Shown: one piece after another, positions 1-10,779 of the stretch
Layout: each line of letters starts with the position of its first letter
Numbering within the stretch: the first letter of the stretch is position 1
Assembly: GCA_027925225.1 (NCBI GenBank)
Contig: AP027131.1
Coordinates: forward strand, 180,001 to 212,000
Direction of reading: 5' to 3'
DNA: 32,000 nucleotides
Source: Candidatus Saccharimonadota bacterium
GTDB lineage: Bacteria; Bacillota_I; Bacilli_A; Mycoplasmatales; Hepatoplasmataceae
Notes under the pieces: model-generated
Database searches by the model: none
What the model saw: only the letters and a program-made list of their open reading frames with translations
What the model was told of the DNA's origin: nothing
Program-made: the position numbers and the translations under genes

Positions 1-1
1 T

Positions 2-1798
2 AAAAATAAGATTTTTAAAACACCTTATGTTGGTTCATTTTTAAAAATTTCTTCTTTTGGAAATTATTTTATTGCAAAAATAATTTCTGAAAAATTATTT
101 ATTAATGAAAAAAATAAATATAAAATATACAAAATTTCTCTTATTGGTTTATTAGATGATTTTTATAAAATAAAAAATGATTATTCTTTTAGTCCGCAAG
201 TTGGAAATAATGCATCCCTTTTTAGTAATGATGAACTAGATAAAATAGAATCAACAAAAGTTGAAGAAGGTTTTTATATTGAAAATGTAGGTACAATAAA
301 AGATAATAGAGTACCGCTTGCAATAAATATAGATTTTTTTGCATCAAATATATTATTTGTAGGAAATAAAAATTTTGGGAAAACTAATTTAGTTTTTAGA
401 ATTTATCGTAAATTTTTTTTTAATTATTTAAAAAAATTTAATAAAAATTATAAATTTTTATTTTTAAATTTTGAAAGTGAATTACATGATGATTTAAAGA
501 TAATTTCAGATAAGGAAAATTACAAAGGTAAATTTATAGAAGTTGGTCTTGAAAATAATTCAATAAATCTTTTTAAAAAAGAAGATTTATTGCTTAATGA
601 TTATTATTTATTGGGCGAAATAAAAGGAAATTCAGAAGCAAAAATTGCAGAAGATTTTTTTAATTGAGAAAGAAATGGATATGAAGATTTAAATATAGGA
701 GAAATTTTTAATTTTGTTAAAAGTGACGAGAGAATATTAAACCATTTTAAAAACTCTTTTAAAGCTCTTTATAGAAAAAGAAGAGAATTAATAAAAAATA
801 ATTTTAATTTTTCTAAATTAGAAAGATATCTTAATTATGCTCTTTTAAATATTAATAGTTTTTTAGACAATCTTTTTTTTAAAGAAAATAAATTGTTTTT
901 AAAAACAGCACTTTTTAAAGAAAATAAAGATTTTAAAAAAGCTTTTTCAAGTCTCTATAAATATTATAAAGATGTTGAATATCTTGAACTTACTGGAGAA
1001 AGATTTAAATGACTTAGAGATTTTATTTTATTAAAAGAAAATAAAAATACATTTGATGTTACTTTTGAATTTAAAAAAAATATTAAAAAAAGTTTTAGAT
1101 TGAAACTAAATTTTTTTGTATTAAAATCTCTTATAGAAGAAAAGGAATGTAATTATGATCAAATAATAAATTTTTCTTCTAAATTTATTAAAAACTGAAA
1201 AATAATAAAGCATTTATTTTATGAAAATGATATTGAGTTAAAAGAAAATGTATTTGAAAAAAATAATATTTTTTCATTTAATTTTAAAAATTTAGGTAAT
1301 AATAAATCCTTGTTTGCAACAATTATTATTAAAAAAATTTATTCAAAATTTATAAAAATATCCGAAAAAGAAAAATTATTAAATATAATAATAGATTCTA
1401 AAGAGCAATTATTTGATTCAAAATATGATGATAGTATGTATTATGTAAAATATAAAAATAATTTTTTTAAAAATCTTTTAATAAAAGGAAAAGAGAATAA
1501 TGTTTATTCAACTTATTTATCATCATCATTTAAAAATTTAAATGTAGATATTCTTAATTTATTTAATAATTTTTTTGTTTTTAATTTAACTAGTAGCTTC
1601 GATTTTCAAATTATTTTGGAAAATTTTAATATTATAGAAGAAGATAATATTAAAAAAATAAGAAAATTTGGATATAACAATTGTTATTGTTTTGGGAAAA
1701 ATTTTATTAGATTATTAGAAATTTATTTTGAAGAAAATTATAACAAACAAAAAAGAGAAATTAATAATGAAACAACCATTAGTAAATTTCTCTCATAA
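2..1798 (+). CDS. P-loop NTPase, 5'-truncated at the window edge (tentatively HerA/VirB4-like AAA ATPase)
   Basis: Frame 2 is open from position 2 to the TAA at 1796-1798 and is interrupted only by three TGA codons (665, 1010, 1195). I checked this codon by codon. The Walker A motif is intact (ILFVGNKNFGKTNLV, about 355-400). The C-terminal part (LLNIIIDSKEQLF ... LIKGKENNVYSTYLSSS ... FVFNLTS) resembles the Walker B, RK and TQ blocks of DUF87/VirB4-type ATPases but is non-canonical. The track lists only 1310..1798. Confidence 0.6.
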
Positions 1799-1841
1799 TT
1801 TTTAAATATTTACTTATTAACATTTAAAAAAATAATTAATT

Positions 1842-2381
1842 CTACAATATATATTTATTAGGAAATTCCTTGCGCATTTTATTAATAAAAGTCTTTTTAT
1901 CTAGATTTTTATATTTTTTATACAATTCTTTAGCTTCCTTAATTTCTTTTAATGCAAATTCTAAATTTTCAAAACCACCAATAATAACTTTTTTGTTTTG
2001 CAAGTTTTTATAATTTTCAAAAAAATCTTTGTAAATATTTAACTGATGTTTTGGAATATCCTCTAATTTTTTAATATGATCAAATCTTGGATCAACATCA
2101 ATAACAGTAATTATTTTAGTATCAGTTTCTCCGCCATCTATCATTTTCATCGCACCAATAATTCTTACTTTTACTCTTGATTTCGGATAAAAACCTTGTT
2201 CAGAAATAACAATTGCATCCAAAGGATCTCCATCTCAATCTAAAGTTTCTTCAAAATAACCATAGTTTTCTGGATAAAACATTGAGCCAAAAAGAATTCT
2301 ATCTACCACAATATTTCCATTTAAAATTTCATATTTTACATTAGAACCTTTTGGTATTTCTATTACTATATCTTCTTTCAT
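1842..2381 (-). CDS. ppa: Inorganic pyrophosphatase, family I
   Basis: Track ORF 1842..2222 extends upstream through one TGA to the ATG at 2379-2381, giving 179 aa. The N-terminus reads [18 protein letters not shown]...[23 protein letters not shown], which carries the classic soluble PPase motifs. Confidence 0.92.
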
Positions 2382-2414
2382 ATCCTTATTATAAAAAAAG
2401 AAGAAAACTATTTT

Positions 2415-4028
2415 TTATTTTTTAAGAAGTTTTTTTTCATCTCTAGTAAATTTAAATTTTATTTTTTCGTTTTTTTCTTTTATTTCAATTTCTTTTAATG
2501 ATGGATATTTTTTTATTAAGCTTTTATATTGAGTATTTGTGAAATGTCTTTTTCTTAATCCACTTTTTAAATCTTTAGACATTTTTTTTAATTCTTGTTC
2601 AAATTTTTCTAAAAAATTAGGTGATTTACTTTTTTTATTATCTTCTTTTTTAGATTTTTCTTTTTTAGTTTTTTCTTTTTTAGTTTTCTCTTTTTTAGTT
2701 TTCTCTTTTTTAGTTTTCTCTTTTTTAGTTTTCTCTTTTTTAGTTTTCTCTTTTTTGGGTTCTTCTTTTTTGGGTTCTTCTTTTTTGGGTTCTTCTTTTT
2801 TTGGTTCTTCTTTTTTGGGTTCTTCCATCTCTTTTTTAGATTTTTCTTTATTTTCAATTATTTCTGCTTCTTTTGATTCATCTTCATTTCTTGAATTTGT
2901 AAATTTTTCTTTTAATTTTCTATGATTTTCAATAGAAACTTTTAATTCTTCTAAATGTTTTTTTAGAAATGAATTTTCCCCTTTCAATTCTTCTTCTTTT
3001 TCTTTTTCTTCTTCTAATTCTTTATCTTTTTCTTCGCAATTATCTTTTGGCTTATTTTTTTTTTCCTCTTTTATTTCTTCATCTACTTTTTTAGGCTCTT
3101 CTTTTTTAGGTTCTTCTTTTTTAGGCTCTTCTTTTTTAGGTTCTTCTTTTTTAGGTTCTTCTTTTTTTGAAGAATCAATTTTTTCATCCTTCTTTACTTC
3201 TTCTTTAAATGATTTTTCCATTTGTTCTATTTCAGGATTTTCATTCATATTTTCATGATATTTTATATCTAATTCTTTTTTAGGTTTGTGTGTATGAGCA
3301 ATAACTTCTTTCTTTTCTTTGACAACAGTTTTCTCTTCAGGAATTGTTTGTTTTTCTTCTGGAGTGCTTTCTTCTTTTTCTTCATGTAAAATTTTTTCTT
3401 TTATAAATGAAGTTACTTTTTCCCTAAATGTACTTTTTTCTTCTTGATTAACTTCTTCTTTTCTATTTTCCTCGCTTAATTGTTTAAAAAGATTTTCAAG
3501 TTCTATAAATATTTTTGTTATTTTATCAATTTCATTTTTATTATGATGTGATTTTAGTAATTTTGATTGAATTGATTCTAATTCTCTTTTTTTATTTTCA
3601 ATTTGACTTATTAATTTTATATTATGTTCATTTCCATTATTTTTTATATAATTTTCAACTTCTTTTGTATCAAGTATTTCTTTTTCTAAAGTATGTTGTT
3701 TTTCTTTTAAAATATCGCTTAAGTTAATTTGAACTGTTTTTTCAGTAGTGTTATTACTGTTATATTCTTTTCTGGCATTAGAAATTTTTTTAAATAATAA
3801 TTCTCTTTCTTTCTTTCTTTCTTCCATTAATTCTTCTATTTTGTCTGTTTTATTTTTAAAAACTTCTTCTTTTTTTAAATTTAAAATTTCTGCTTTAATT
3901 ACAGGATCATTTAAAAGTTTATAAATTTCTTTTCTAATCTCATAGCTTTCATCTAAGTAGTTATAATTCCATTTAATGATATTATCAACTCTTTTTAATA
4001 CAATTCTTACAATTTGGTCAGTTGTCAT
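2415..4028 (-). CDS. Lys/Glu-rich low-complexity coiled-coil protein with pentapeptide tandem repeats (function unknown)
   Basis: This is an uninterrupted 537-aa ORF. It contains (KEKTK)x6-7 and two separate (EPKKE)x5 arrays. I see no signal peptide or TM segment (N-terminus MTTDQIVRIVLKRVDNIIKWNY). Confidence 0.75.
   Translation of the reverse strand: MTTDQIVRIVLKRVDNIIKWNYNYLDESYEIRKEIYKLLNDPVIKAEILNLKKEEVFKNKTDKIEELMEERKKERELLFKKISNARKEYNSNNTTEKTVQINLSDILKEKQHTLEKEILDTKEVENYIKNNGNEHNIKLISQIENKKRELESIQSKLLKSHHNKNEIDKITKIFIELENLFKQLSEENRKEEVNQEEKSTFREKVTSFIKEKILHEEKEESTPEEKQTIPEEKTVVKEKKEVIAHTHKPKKELDIKYHENMNENPEIEQMEKSFKEEVKKDEKIDSSKKEEPKKEEPKKEEPKKEEPKKEEPKKVDEEIKEEKKNKPKDNCEEKDKELEEEKEKEEELKGENSFLKKHLEELKVSIENHRKLKEKFTNSRNEDESKEAEIIENKEKSKKEMEEPKKEEPKKEEPKKEEPKKEEPKKEKTKKEKTKKEKTKKEKTKKEKTKKEKTKKEKSKKEDNKKSKSPNFLEKFEQELKKMSKDLKSGLRKRHFTNTQYKSLIKKYPSLKEIEIKEKNEKIKFKFTRDEKKLLKK
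2645..2825. repeat. About 12 contiguous 15-bp tandem units inside the KE-rich CDS (ttttttagttttctc, then ttttttgggttcttc)
   Basis: The periodicity is directly visible. The units encode KEKTK repeats followed by EPKKE repeats on the minus strand. Confidence 0.9.
3087..3161. repeat. Five 15-bp tandem units (ttttttaggYtcttc) inside the KE-rich CDS
   Basis: The repeat is directly visible. It encodes a second EPKKE x5 array using CCT Pro codons, where the 2751-2825 array uses CCC. Confidence 0.9.
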
Positions 4029-4127
4029 AATTTTCCTTTATTTTAAAATATAAAATGAAATAACATTCATTCCCTATATTAATTTTAAAATAAAAATATT
4101 TTTTTTTAAAAAAAAGAGATTTATATG

Positions 4128-5351
4128 TTAAATATCACGCAATTCTTTTTTTACTATTTCATTGTCTAGATATAAATATTTTTCTTTTATTCTTGTTTTT
4201 TTAGATATTTTTTTAACTTCTTCTTTCATTTTTTTATACTCTTCTCTTAATATATCTACTGTATCATCTGAAAAATTTATTTTTTTAATATCTAAAATTT
4301 TTGGATTTAATTTATTTTTTTCAGATTCTTTATAAATTAAAACAAAAGATGTTTTTTCTATTTCTTTTAAAGTTTCGCTCTCTTCTCAATTTTTTGGATT
4401 TTTCAGTTGTTGTATTAAATTAAAATTAATTTTAATTTTATTATTAATTTCATTTTTATTATTTAGTGTTATTGTATAAAAATTAAAGTCTGTATTTTCT
4501 TCATTATTAAATTCAACTGCACTTCCAACATTTAATATTCTAAAAAATATATCCTCCTTAATTTTTGGATATAGTTTATTTATTTGAAACTCTTCCATTA
4601 AAAAAGCTATTGATTTATTTTTATAATTTAGTACATTTTTTTTAATTGATTTTTCAATTTGAGTTGTGTTTTCATCGTTTTTCATATTATTTTCATCAAA
4701 AAGAATTTGCATAAAGTGATTTTTAAATATTAGTGTTCTTGGATAAAATTTTTTATCAGAATGTGGTTGAATAAGATTTGGTTTTTTTTTAATTTTTTGA
4801 TCTCTTACAACTCCCAAAAATTTTGTATCGCCTTCAGCTAATTCGTGTGCCTTTCCTAAAAATATTTTATTTCTAATAATTTGATAGTCATTTTCAAGTA
4901 TGTTTTTTAATTTGATATTTTCTTCGAGTTTGATGAGTTTACTTTTTATAATTTTTGCGTTTTTTCAATTTGTGTTTTTTTTTATAAAAACAATAAACAT
5001 ATTTTTATTATTTTTTCAAAAATTTGTTTTAAATAATGATTCATTTAAGATCATTTCATTTAATTCAAATTTTTTTATTTTTATTCTATTTTTAATAACC
5101 AGTTTATCATTTTTGCTATATTCTAATTGACAATTTTTAATAGAAAAATTAAATTCTTGTTTTCTAGGAAAATTGAATCTTTTTTTTTCTTGTTCAAGAT
5201 TATTATCAATAACAGCATTTATTTTTTCGTTTTTGTGTTTGTTTAAAAAAAAATCAAAATTTTCTTTTTTAAAAATATCTGAAATCTTTTTATTTTCTAT
5301 TTTTTGGCTAAAAATAAAAAGCAAGTCATCACTTGTGATTGGTGTGTTCAT
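4128..5351 (-). CDS. MutH/Sau3AI-family endonuclease-like protein (tentative), 407 aa
   Basis: Track ORFs 4386..4817 and 5016..5360 and the sequence between and after them are in one frame, joined by TGA codons at 5016-5018, 4965-4967 and 4386-4388. The stop is the TAA at 4128-4130, and I prefer the ATG at 5349-5351 over the TTG at 5360. The segment LGKAHELAEGDTKFLGVVRD...IQPHSDKKFYPRTLIFKNHFMQIL closely resembles the Sau3AI/MutH block GKAHELSEG...L...TKG......QP.SD....R.F.LK..Y, as I recall it from memory. Confidence 0.45.
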
Positions 5352-5497
5352 TACAATCAAGATTATTATAAAGACAAATTAAAAAATAAATAATTTTTTA
5401 TTTTACATTTTTAAAAATATTCAAAATAAGAAATTTCGCTTTTTCTTATATATAATTTATGTATATATTTTATCTTTATAATAATTATTTTTAGCAA

Positions 5498-6034
5498 ATG
5501 AAAGACGAGAAAAAATTAAATCAAATTATTTTAGCTGGTATCTTTCTGTCATTAAGTTCACTCCTAATTCTAATTCAAATTCCTATTTTTTCTTTTTTAA
5601 AATTAGATTTTTCATTAGTAATTATTTTAATAGCAGAATCTTATCTTAGTTTTTCCCTTTCCTTATTTATTGGTTTTTTTTCACCTGTTGTAATTTTAAT
5701 TGCATATGGAGATCCAATAGGAATGCTTTTTTTAATGCTCTTAAATATTATTGTTATATTATTTCATCACTTATTTTATTCAAGCAAAAATAAAAAAAAC
5801 TTATTTATTTCATCTATAATAATTATTCTTGTTACATCTGTTGTTGTTTCTTTTATTAATATCTTTATTTTTGTTCCTTTATTTTATGGATTTTCTTATA
5901 TAAATGATTTTTTATCAATGTGATTATATTGATTACTAATACTTTCATTTAATATAGGAAAACTTTTATTAATTTATTTTATTATTGGTTTTTACTTTTA
6001 TTATCTTTTTGAAAAAAATAAGAATGTAATTTAA
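5498..6034 (+). CDS. ECF-transporter substrate-binding (S) component, RibU-like membrane protein
   Basis: Track ORF 5498..5923 extends through two TGA codons to the TAA at 6032-6034, giving 178 aa. The protein is polytopic and hydrophobic, with LKLDFS, GDPIG and FVPLFYG motifs typical of ECF S components. Confidence 0.65.
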
Positions 6035-6131
6035 TTTTTTGAATTTTTGTTTTTTAAAAATTATAGTTTTTCTTTTTAAATATATTAAAATAAAGTTGTG
6101 AGTAATTTTTATAAATTTTTCATATATGCGT

Positions 6132-6208
6132 GCCCACATAGCTCAGCAGGATAGAGCATATGCCTTCTAAGCATAGGGTCAGAGGTTCGAATCCTCTTGT
6201 GGGCGCCA
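6132..6208 (+). tRNA. tRNA-Arg (anticodon UCU) with encoded CCA
   Basis: The cloverleaf can be read by hand. Acceptor stem is GCCCACA/TGTGGGC, D stem GCTC/GAGC, and anticodon stem TATGC/GCATA with loop CTTCTAA. The T stem is AGAGG/CCTCT with loop TTCGAAT, followed by discriminator G and CCA. Confidence 0.93.
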
Positions 6209-6248
6209 TTTTTTTATTTTAGAAAGGATTTTTGTCAATTTAAAAAAT

Positions 6249-6986
6249 ATGGAAAATGATTTTTATACAAATTTAATTTCACAGATTAAAAATTTAATTG
6301 TTTCTAATAATTATATGGAAGCATTAAATATTGTTAATAAAGAATTAAATATGCCTTATGTTCCAACAAAAATTGAAAATGAGCTAATTAATTTTAAAAT
6401 ATTTCTTGAGACTAAAGAAAATTTTAAAAAAGAAAAAAAATTAGATTTTTTTGATATTTTAAAATTAATTAATTCATCAAAGTTATCAAATAATGAAAAA
6501 TATGAAGTATTGAATTTGCTTACAAATTTTAATTTAAGAGAAAATTTTTCTGAAATTAAGGAAATTCTTATAGATGAAACAATAGAAGATTATTTAAAAT
6601 TAAAAATAATAAATGAACTTAAAAAACAAAATATAAAAGATAAAGTAACTTTGTTTTATAAAAATAAAAAGAGAGTTTTATTTTTGGAAAAATTAACAGA
6701 AGTTTCTTTTAATAAAAATTTTGTAAATGATTCAAATAAAATTGAAAAATTTTTATTTAAAGATCCTATAATTTGTAATTTTTCATTAAATTTTTTAGAA
6801 ATACTTTATTTAAATAATTTTGTGTTAAATAAAGAATTAAAAGATATTTGAATGGAGGTAATTTATATTGTCTCTAAATCATTAAAATATCAAGAAATTT
6901 TGGATAAATTAGAATCATCCATTGTTAAAAAAACAAATTTTAAAAGTAGTTTAAATTATATTTTAAAGCACACTAATTTTATATAA
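6249..6986 (+). CDS. Hypothetical helical protein upstream of tig
   Basis: Track ORF 6249..6851 extends through one TGA to the TAA at 6984-6986, giving 245 aa. I recognise no catalytic motif. The position immediately 5' of tig-lon recalls a conserved Mollicute hypothetical gene, but I did not verify this. Confidence 0.6.
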
Positions 6987-7082
6987 ATAATAGATAGAGG
7001 TATAATAATCTTGGATTAAATTTAAAAGATTTAATTTTTACTTATTATGTTAAGAATCTAGTTATTTTAAAAGAGGGGAATC

Positions 7083-8378
7083 ATGTCAAAAATTATCGTA
7101 AAAAAAGAAAAAGATATTTTAAAAGTTAAGCTTGTTTTAGACGGGGAAAACTGAAAAAATTTTATTGATAAATCAGAGAATGAATTAATAAAAAATGTAG
7201 AAATTAAAGGTTTTAGAAAAGGAAACGCACCAAGAGAAGTAGCTCTAAAAAATATTAAAGTTACAGATATTCATGCAAAAGCAATTGATTTTGCTGTAGA
7301 CTCAAATTTTGAAAAAGTAATAGAAGAAATGAAAAAACATAAAATTATTACAAAACCACATTTAACAATAGATGAAGTTTCAAATAAAACTGCAACATTA
7401 TCTTTTGAATCACATTTATCACCAGATATTAAACTGCCAAATTATTTAAACTTTAAGGTTGAATATAAAGAAAAAGTTATTACTGAAAAAGATATATCAG
7501 ATGAATTTAACAAATTCAAAGAACTTTTTAAAGTTAAGAAATCTATAGAAAATAAAGAACATAAAATTGTTCTAGGAGACGATACAAAAATTGATTTTGT
7601 TGGAAAAATTAATGGAAAAAAATTTGAAAATGGTTCATCAAAAGATTATGAATTAAAAATTGGTAGTAAAAAATTTATTAAAGGATTTGAAGAGCAACTA
7701 ATTGGATTAAAAATAGGAGATAAAAAAGAAGTTAAAGTTACTTTTCCAAATACTTACCCTGAAAAGAGTTTGGCTGGAAAAGAAGCAACTTTTGATGTTG
7801 AAATAAAAGATATTACATTATCAGAAGAAATATCTAAAGAAAAATTACTTGAAAGAATAAATAAAATTGGTTTTAAATCAGTGGAAGATTTTAAAGAAAA
7901 AATCAAAGAAATGCTTGTTGAGCAAGCTAAACAAAAAGCAACAGATATTTTTATCGGTAAATTAATAAGTATGATTATTGATCATAAAGATACAGAAATT
8001 AATATACCAAAACAATTACTTGATGATGAAATTGAACATCAGTTTAAACATTTTAAAGAAAACTTAATAAAACAAAACGTAAAAGTTGAAGATTATTTTA
8101 AAATGCTTCAAACGGATGAAAAAAAATTTAAAAAAGAAAATTTAAGCAGCGCTGCTGAAAAAAATGTAAAAGATGGACTTATTTATGCAAGACTTGTTGA
8201 AGAAAACAATATAAAAGAAATTAGCGAAGAAGAATTTGAAAAAGAATATAGTAGACTTGCAGCATTACAACAAATGAAAATAGAAGATGTTAAAAAACAA
8301 ATAACTTTAGAAAGACTTAATGATTCATTAATTTTCTTAAAATTAGTTGATTTATTAAAAGAAAAATTAAATAAATAA
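7083..8378 (+). CDS. tig: Trigger factor
   Basis: The ATG at 7083 is preceded by AAGAGGGGA and is in frame with track ORF 7329..8378 through one TGA. The protein has an N-terminal ribosome-binding motif GFRKGNAPR and an FKBP-type middle domain (FVGKINGKKFENGS...FIKGFEEQLIGLKIGD). Confidence 0.92.
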
Positions 8379-8430
8379 AATTAAAAAAGAAATTACACAC
8401 AAACATTTTAAGGAGTAAATTGATTTAACC

Positions 8431-10779
8431 ATGGCATTAAAAAGAAAAGTTACTTTAATACTTACACAAGGAGATATTGTATTTCCCAATTTTTCGATTG
8501 CTTTAAAATATAAAGAAAACGATATTACAAAAAGCTTACTTTCGGAATTTGAAAAGAAAAATAATTTAATGGTAATTACATCATATGAAGAAGGAATATG
8601 AAATAGTGATAATAACCATTATGATTACGGAACACTTGTTAAAATTACAGCAATGGACTATGATAAAACACAAGGTATTTATACAGTTTTATTAAATGGT
8701 CTTTCAAGAGTTAAAATAAAAAATTCAAAATATTTTAATTCTAAGAAAATAATGGAAACAGATTATGAAGTTCTTGAAGATAAGAATGATTGAACAGCAA
8801 AAGCAATAGAAGCAAAAAAAGAAATTGAAGTATTACTTTCAGACAGATTAAGAGAAATTGGATTTGATAAAAAGCATATGAAAAGTCTTTTTCAAGTTCC
8901 AGCAAATCCATTTTCATATTCAATTTCATCAATAATTCCACTTACTCTTGATGAAAAATTACATATTTTAAAAGAAAATGATGTTGAAAAAAGATTAACT
9001 TTTATAAAAGAAGTTTTTAATTATCATATCGAAGAAGCTCAAAATGTTGCAAATTCAATTAATGACAAAGTAAGAGTAAAATTAACAAAACAACAAAAAG
9101 AATTTTACTTAAAAGAACAGTTAAAAGCAATAAAAGAAGAACTTGATTTTATTAATGGTGAAGAAAGTGAAGTTAATGGACTTCAAAAAAAATTAGATAA
9201 TGGTGATTATCCTGATCATATTAGAGAAAAAGTTTCAAAAGAATTAAAAAGATTAGAAGCAACTCCTTCTTCAGCTCCAGAAGCAAATATTATAAGAAGT
9301 TACATTGATTGATTATTAAGTTTACCTTATAAAGAAAAAACAACAGTAGAAATTGATATTAAAGCAGCAAAAAGGATTCTTGATGAAGATCATTATGGTC
9401 TTGAAAAACCTAAAGCACGTATAATTGAATATCTTGCTGTTAAAAAACAAAATCCTAATGCAAAAGGTTCAATTATTGCTTTAATAGGTCCTCCGGGTAC
9501 AGGTAAAACATCATTTGCTCGTTCAATTGCAAGAGCAATGAATAAAGAGTTTGCAAAAATTTCTTTAGGTGGAGTAAAAGATGAGTCTGAAATTAGAGGT
9601 CACAGAAGAACATACATAGCTGCGATGCCAGGTAAAATAATTCAAGCAATGAGAAAAGTTGGCGTTGTTAATCCAATTATCCTTTTAGATGAAATTGACA
9701 AAATGTCATCTGATTTTAGAGGAGATCCTACTTCAGCAATGCTTGAGGTTCTTGATTATGAACAAAATTACAAGTTTCAAGATCATTACATTGAAGAAGA
9801 ATATGATTTATCACATGTAATTTTTATTGCAACAGCAAATTATTTAGAAAATATTCCAGAAGCACTTTTTGATCGTCTTGAAATAATTAATTTACATTCT
9901 TATACTGAAATTGAAAAAATGCATATTGCAAGAAATCACTTAATTAAAAAAGTTATTGATGAAACAAACATAAACCCAAAACAATTTAGAATTTCTGATG
10001 AGATTTTAAGCATGTTAATAAGACATTATACAATTGAAGCCGGAGTTAGACAATTACAAAGAGTATTAGAAGAAATTGCAAGAAAAATAATTGTTGCACA
10101 AATGGATAAAAAATTAGGGAAAAGTTTTAAAATTGATGAAAATTTTATTTTAGAATATCTTGGCAAGAAAAAATACGATTTTACAAAAAAAGAAAAATCA
10201 CCGCAAGTTGGTACAACAAATGGTCTTGCTTGAACTGCTTATGGAGGAGATATCCTTCCAATTGAAGTTACACTTTATCCTGGTAAAGGAGATTTAATAA
10301 TTACTGGTCAATTAAAAGATGTGATGAGAGAATCAGCAAATATTGCATTAAGTTACATTAAAGCAAATAGAGAAAAATATGATATCAAAGCAGAAAGAAA
10401 TGGGAAAGATTTATTTAAAGATTTTGATATTCATATCCACTCACCAGATGGAGCAACACCAAAAGATGGCCCTTCTGCTGGCGTAACTTTTACAACATCA
10501 ATTATTTCAGCACTTACAGGTAAAACAATTTCGCAAAACATTGGTATGACTGGAGAAATAACACTTAGAGGAAAAGTGCTTCCAATAGGTGGCCTTAAAG
10601 AAAAATCAATTTCAGCTTTTAGATCAGGATTGAAATTAATTTTTGTTCCAAGAGAAAACTTAAAAGATTTAGATGAAATTCCACAAGAAGTAAAAGATAA
10701 TTTAAAAATAGTTTTAATAGATGATTATGATGAACTTTATAATTATTTAGTGGATGAAAAATATTTACAAAGCAAATAA
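8431..10779 (+). CDS. lon: ATP-dependent Lon protease
   Basis: The ATG at 8431 follows AAGGAG. Track ORFs 8878.., 9538.. and 10321.. all share this frame and are joined by TGA codons, giving 782 aa. The protein carries Walker A GPPGTGKTS, the catalytic Ser context PKDGPSAG and the Lys context GGLKEK. Confidence 0.95.

Noticed and set aside
2539-2925. Track ORFs 2539..2925 (+) and 2609..2857 (-) overlap the KE-rich gene.
   Set aside because: They are artefacts of the 15-bp low-complexity repeats, which are open in several frames. Their products (FLVFS repeats, KKRKL repeats) are alternative-frame or antisense readings of the same repeat.
2645-3161. Regularly spaced short direct repeats might suggest a CRISPR array.
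   Set aside because: The units are 15 bp, directly abutting with no spacers, in frame within a long CDS, and they encode pentapeptide repeats.
4099-4115. A T9A8 homopolymer palindrome lies between two minus-strand genes, and a similar T9-AG-A8 lies at 24282..24300 between convergent genes. Either could be an unusual terminator or a phase-variable tract.
   Set aside because: There is no G/C stem and essentially no loop, so they are unlikely to act as intrinsic terminators. They are intergenic, so length changes would not shift a reading frame. Such runs are expected by chance in DNA this AT-rich. I am leaving them as a low-value curiosity.
2-5351. The left 5 kb (VirB4/HerA-like ATPase, repeat protein, Sau3AI-like gene) might be a remnant of an integrative conjugative element.
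   Set aside because: No integrase, transposase or relaxase gene and no flanking direct or inverted repeats are visible, and a housekeeping ppa sits in the middle. The evidence within this window is insufficient.
3515-5382. Track ORFs 3515..3727 (+), 4900..5130 (+) and 5173..5382 (+).
   Set aside because: These are antisense shadows of the minus-strand genes 2415..4028 and 4128..5351. Their products are Phe/Leu/Ile-rich, as expected from reading AT-rich Lys/Glu/Asn codons backwards.
5352-5497. A riboswitch (for example FMN) might lie upstream of the RibU-like ECF S-component gene, or a T-box upstream of valS (about 10700-10754).
   Set aside because: The 146-nt leader is almost pure A/T, with none of the GC-containing conserved helices of known riboswitches. 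valS has no leader at all, because it overlaps lon.
8741-8941. Track ORF 8741..8941 (-), and similarly 15705..15905 (-), 18429..18644 (-), 28030..28302 (-) and 29019..29210 (-).
   Set aside because: Each lies entirely inside, or antisense to, a well-supported plus-strand gene (lon, rnj/ftsK junction, tail-anchored gene, TM protein, pgsA/small membrane gene). None has a recognisable motif.
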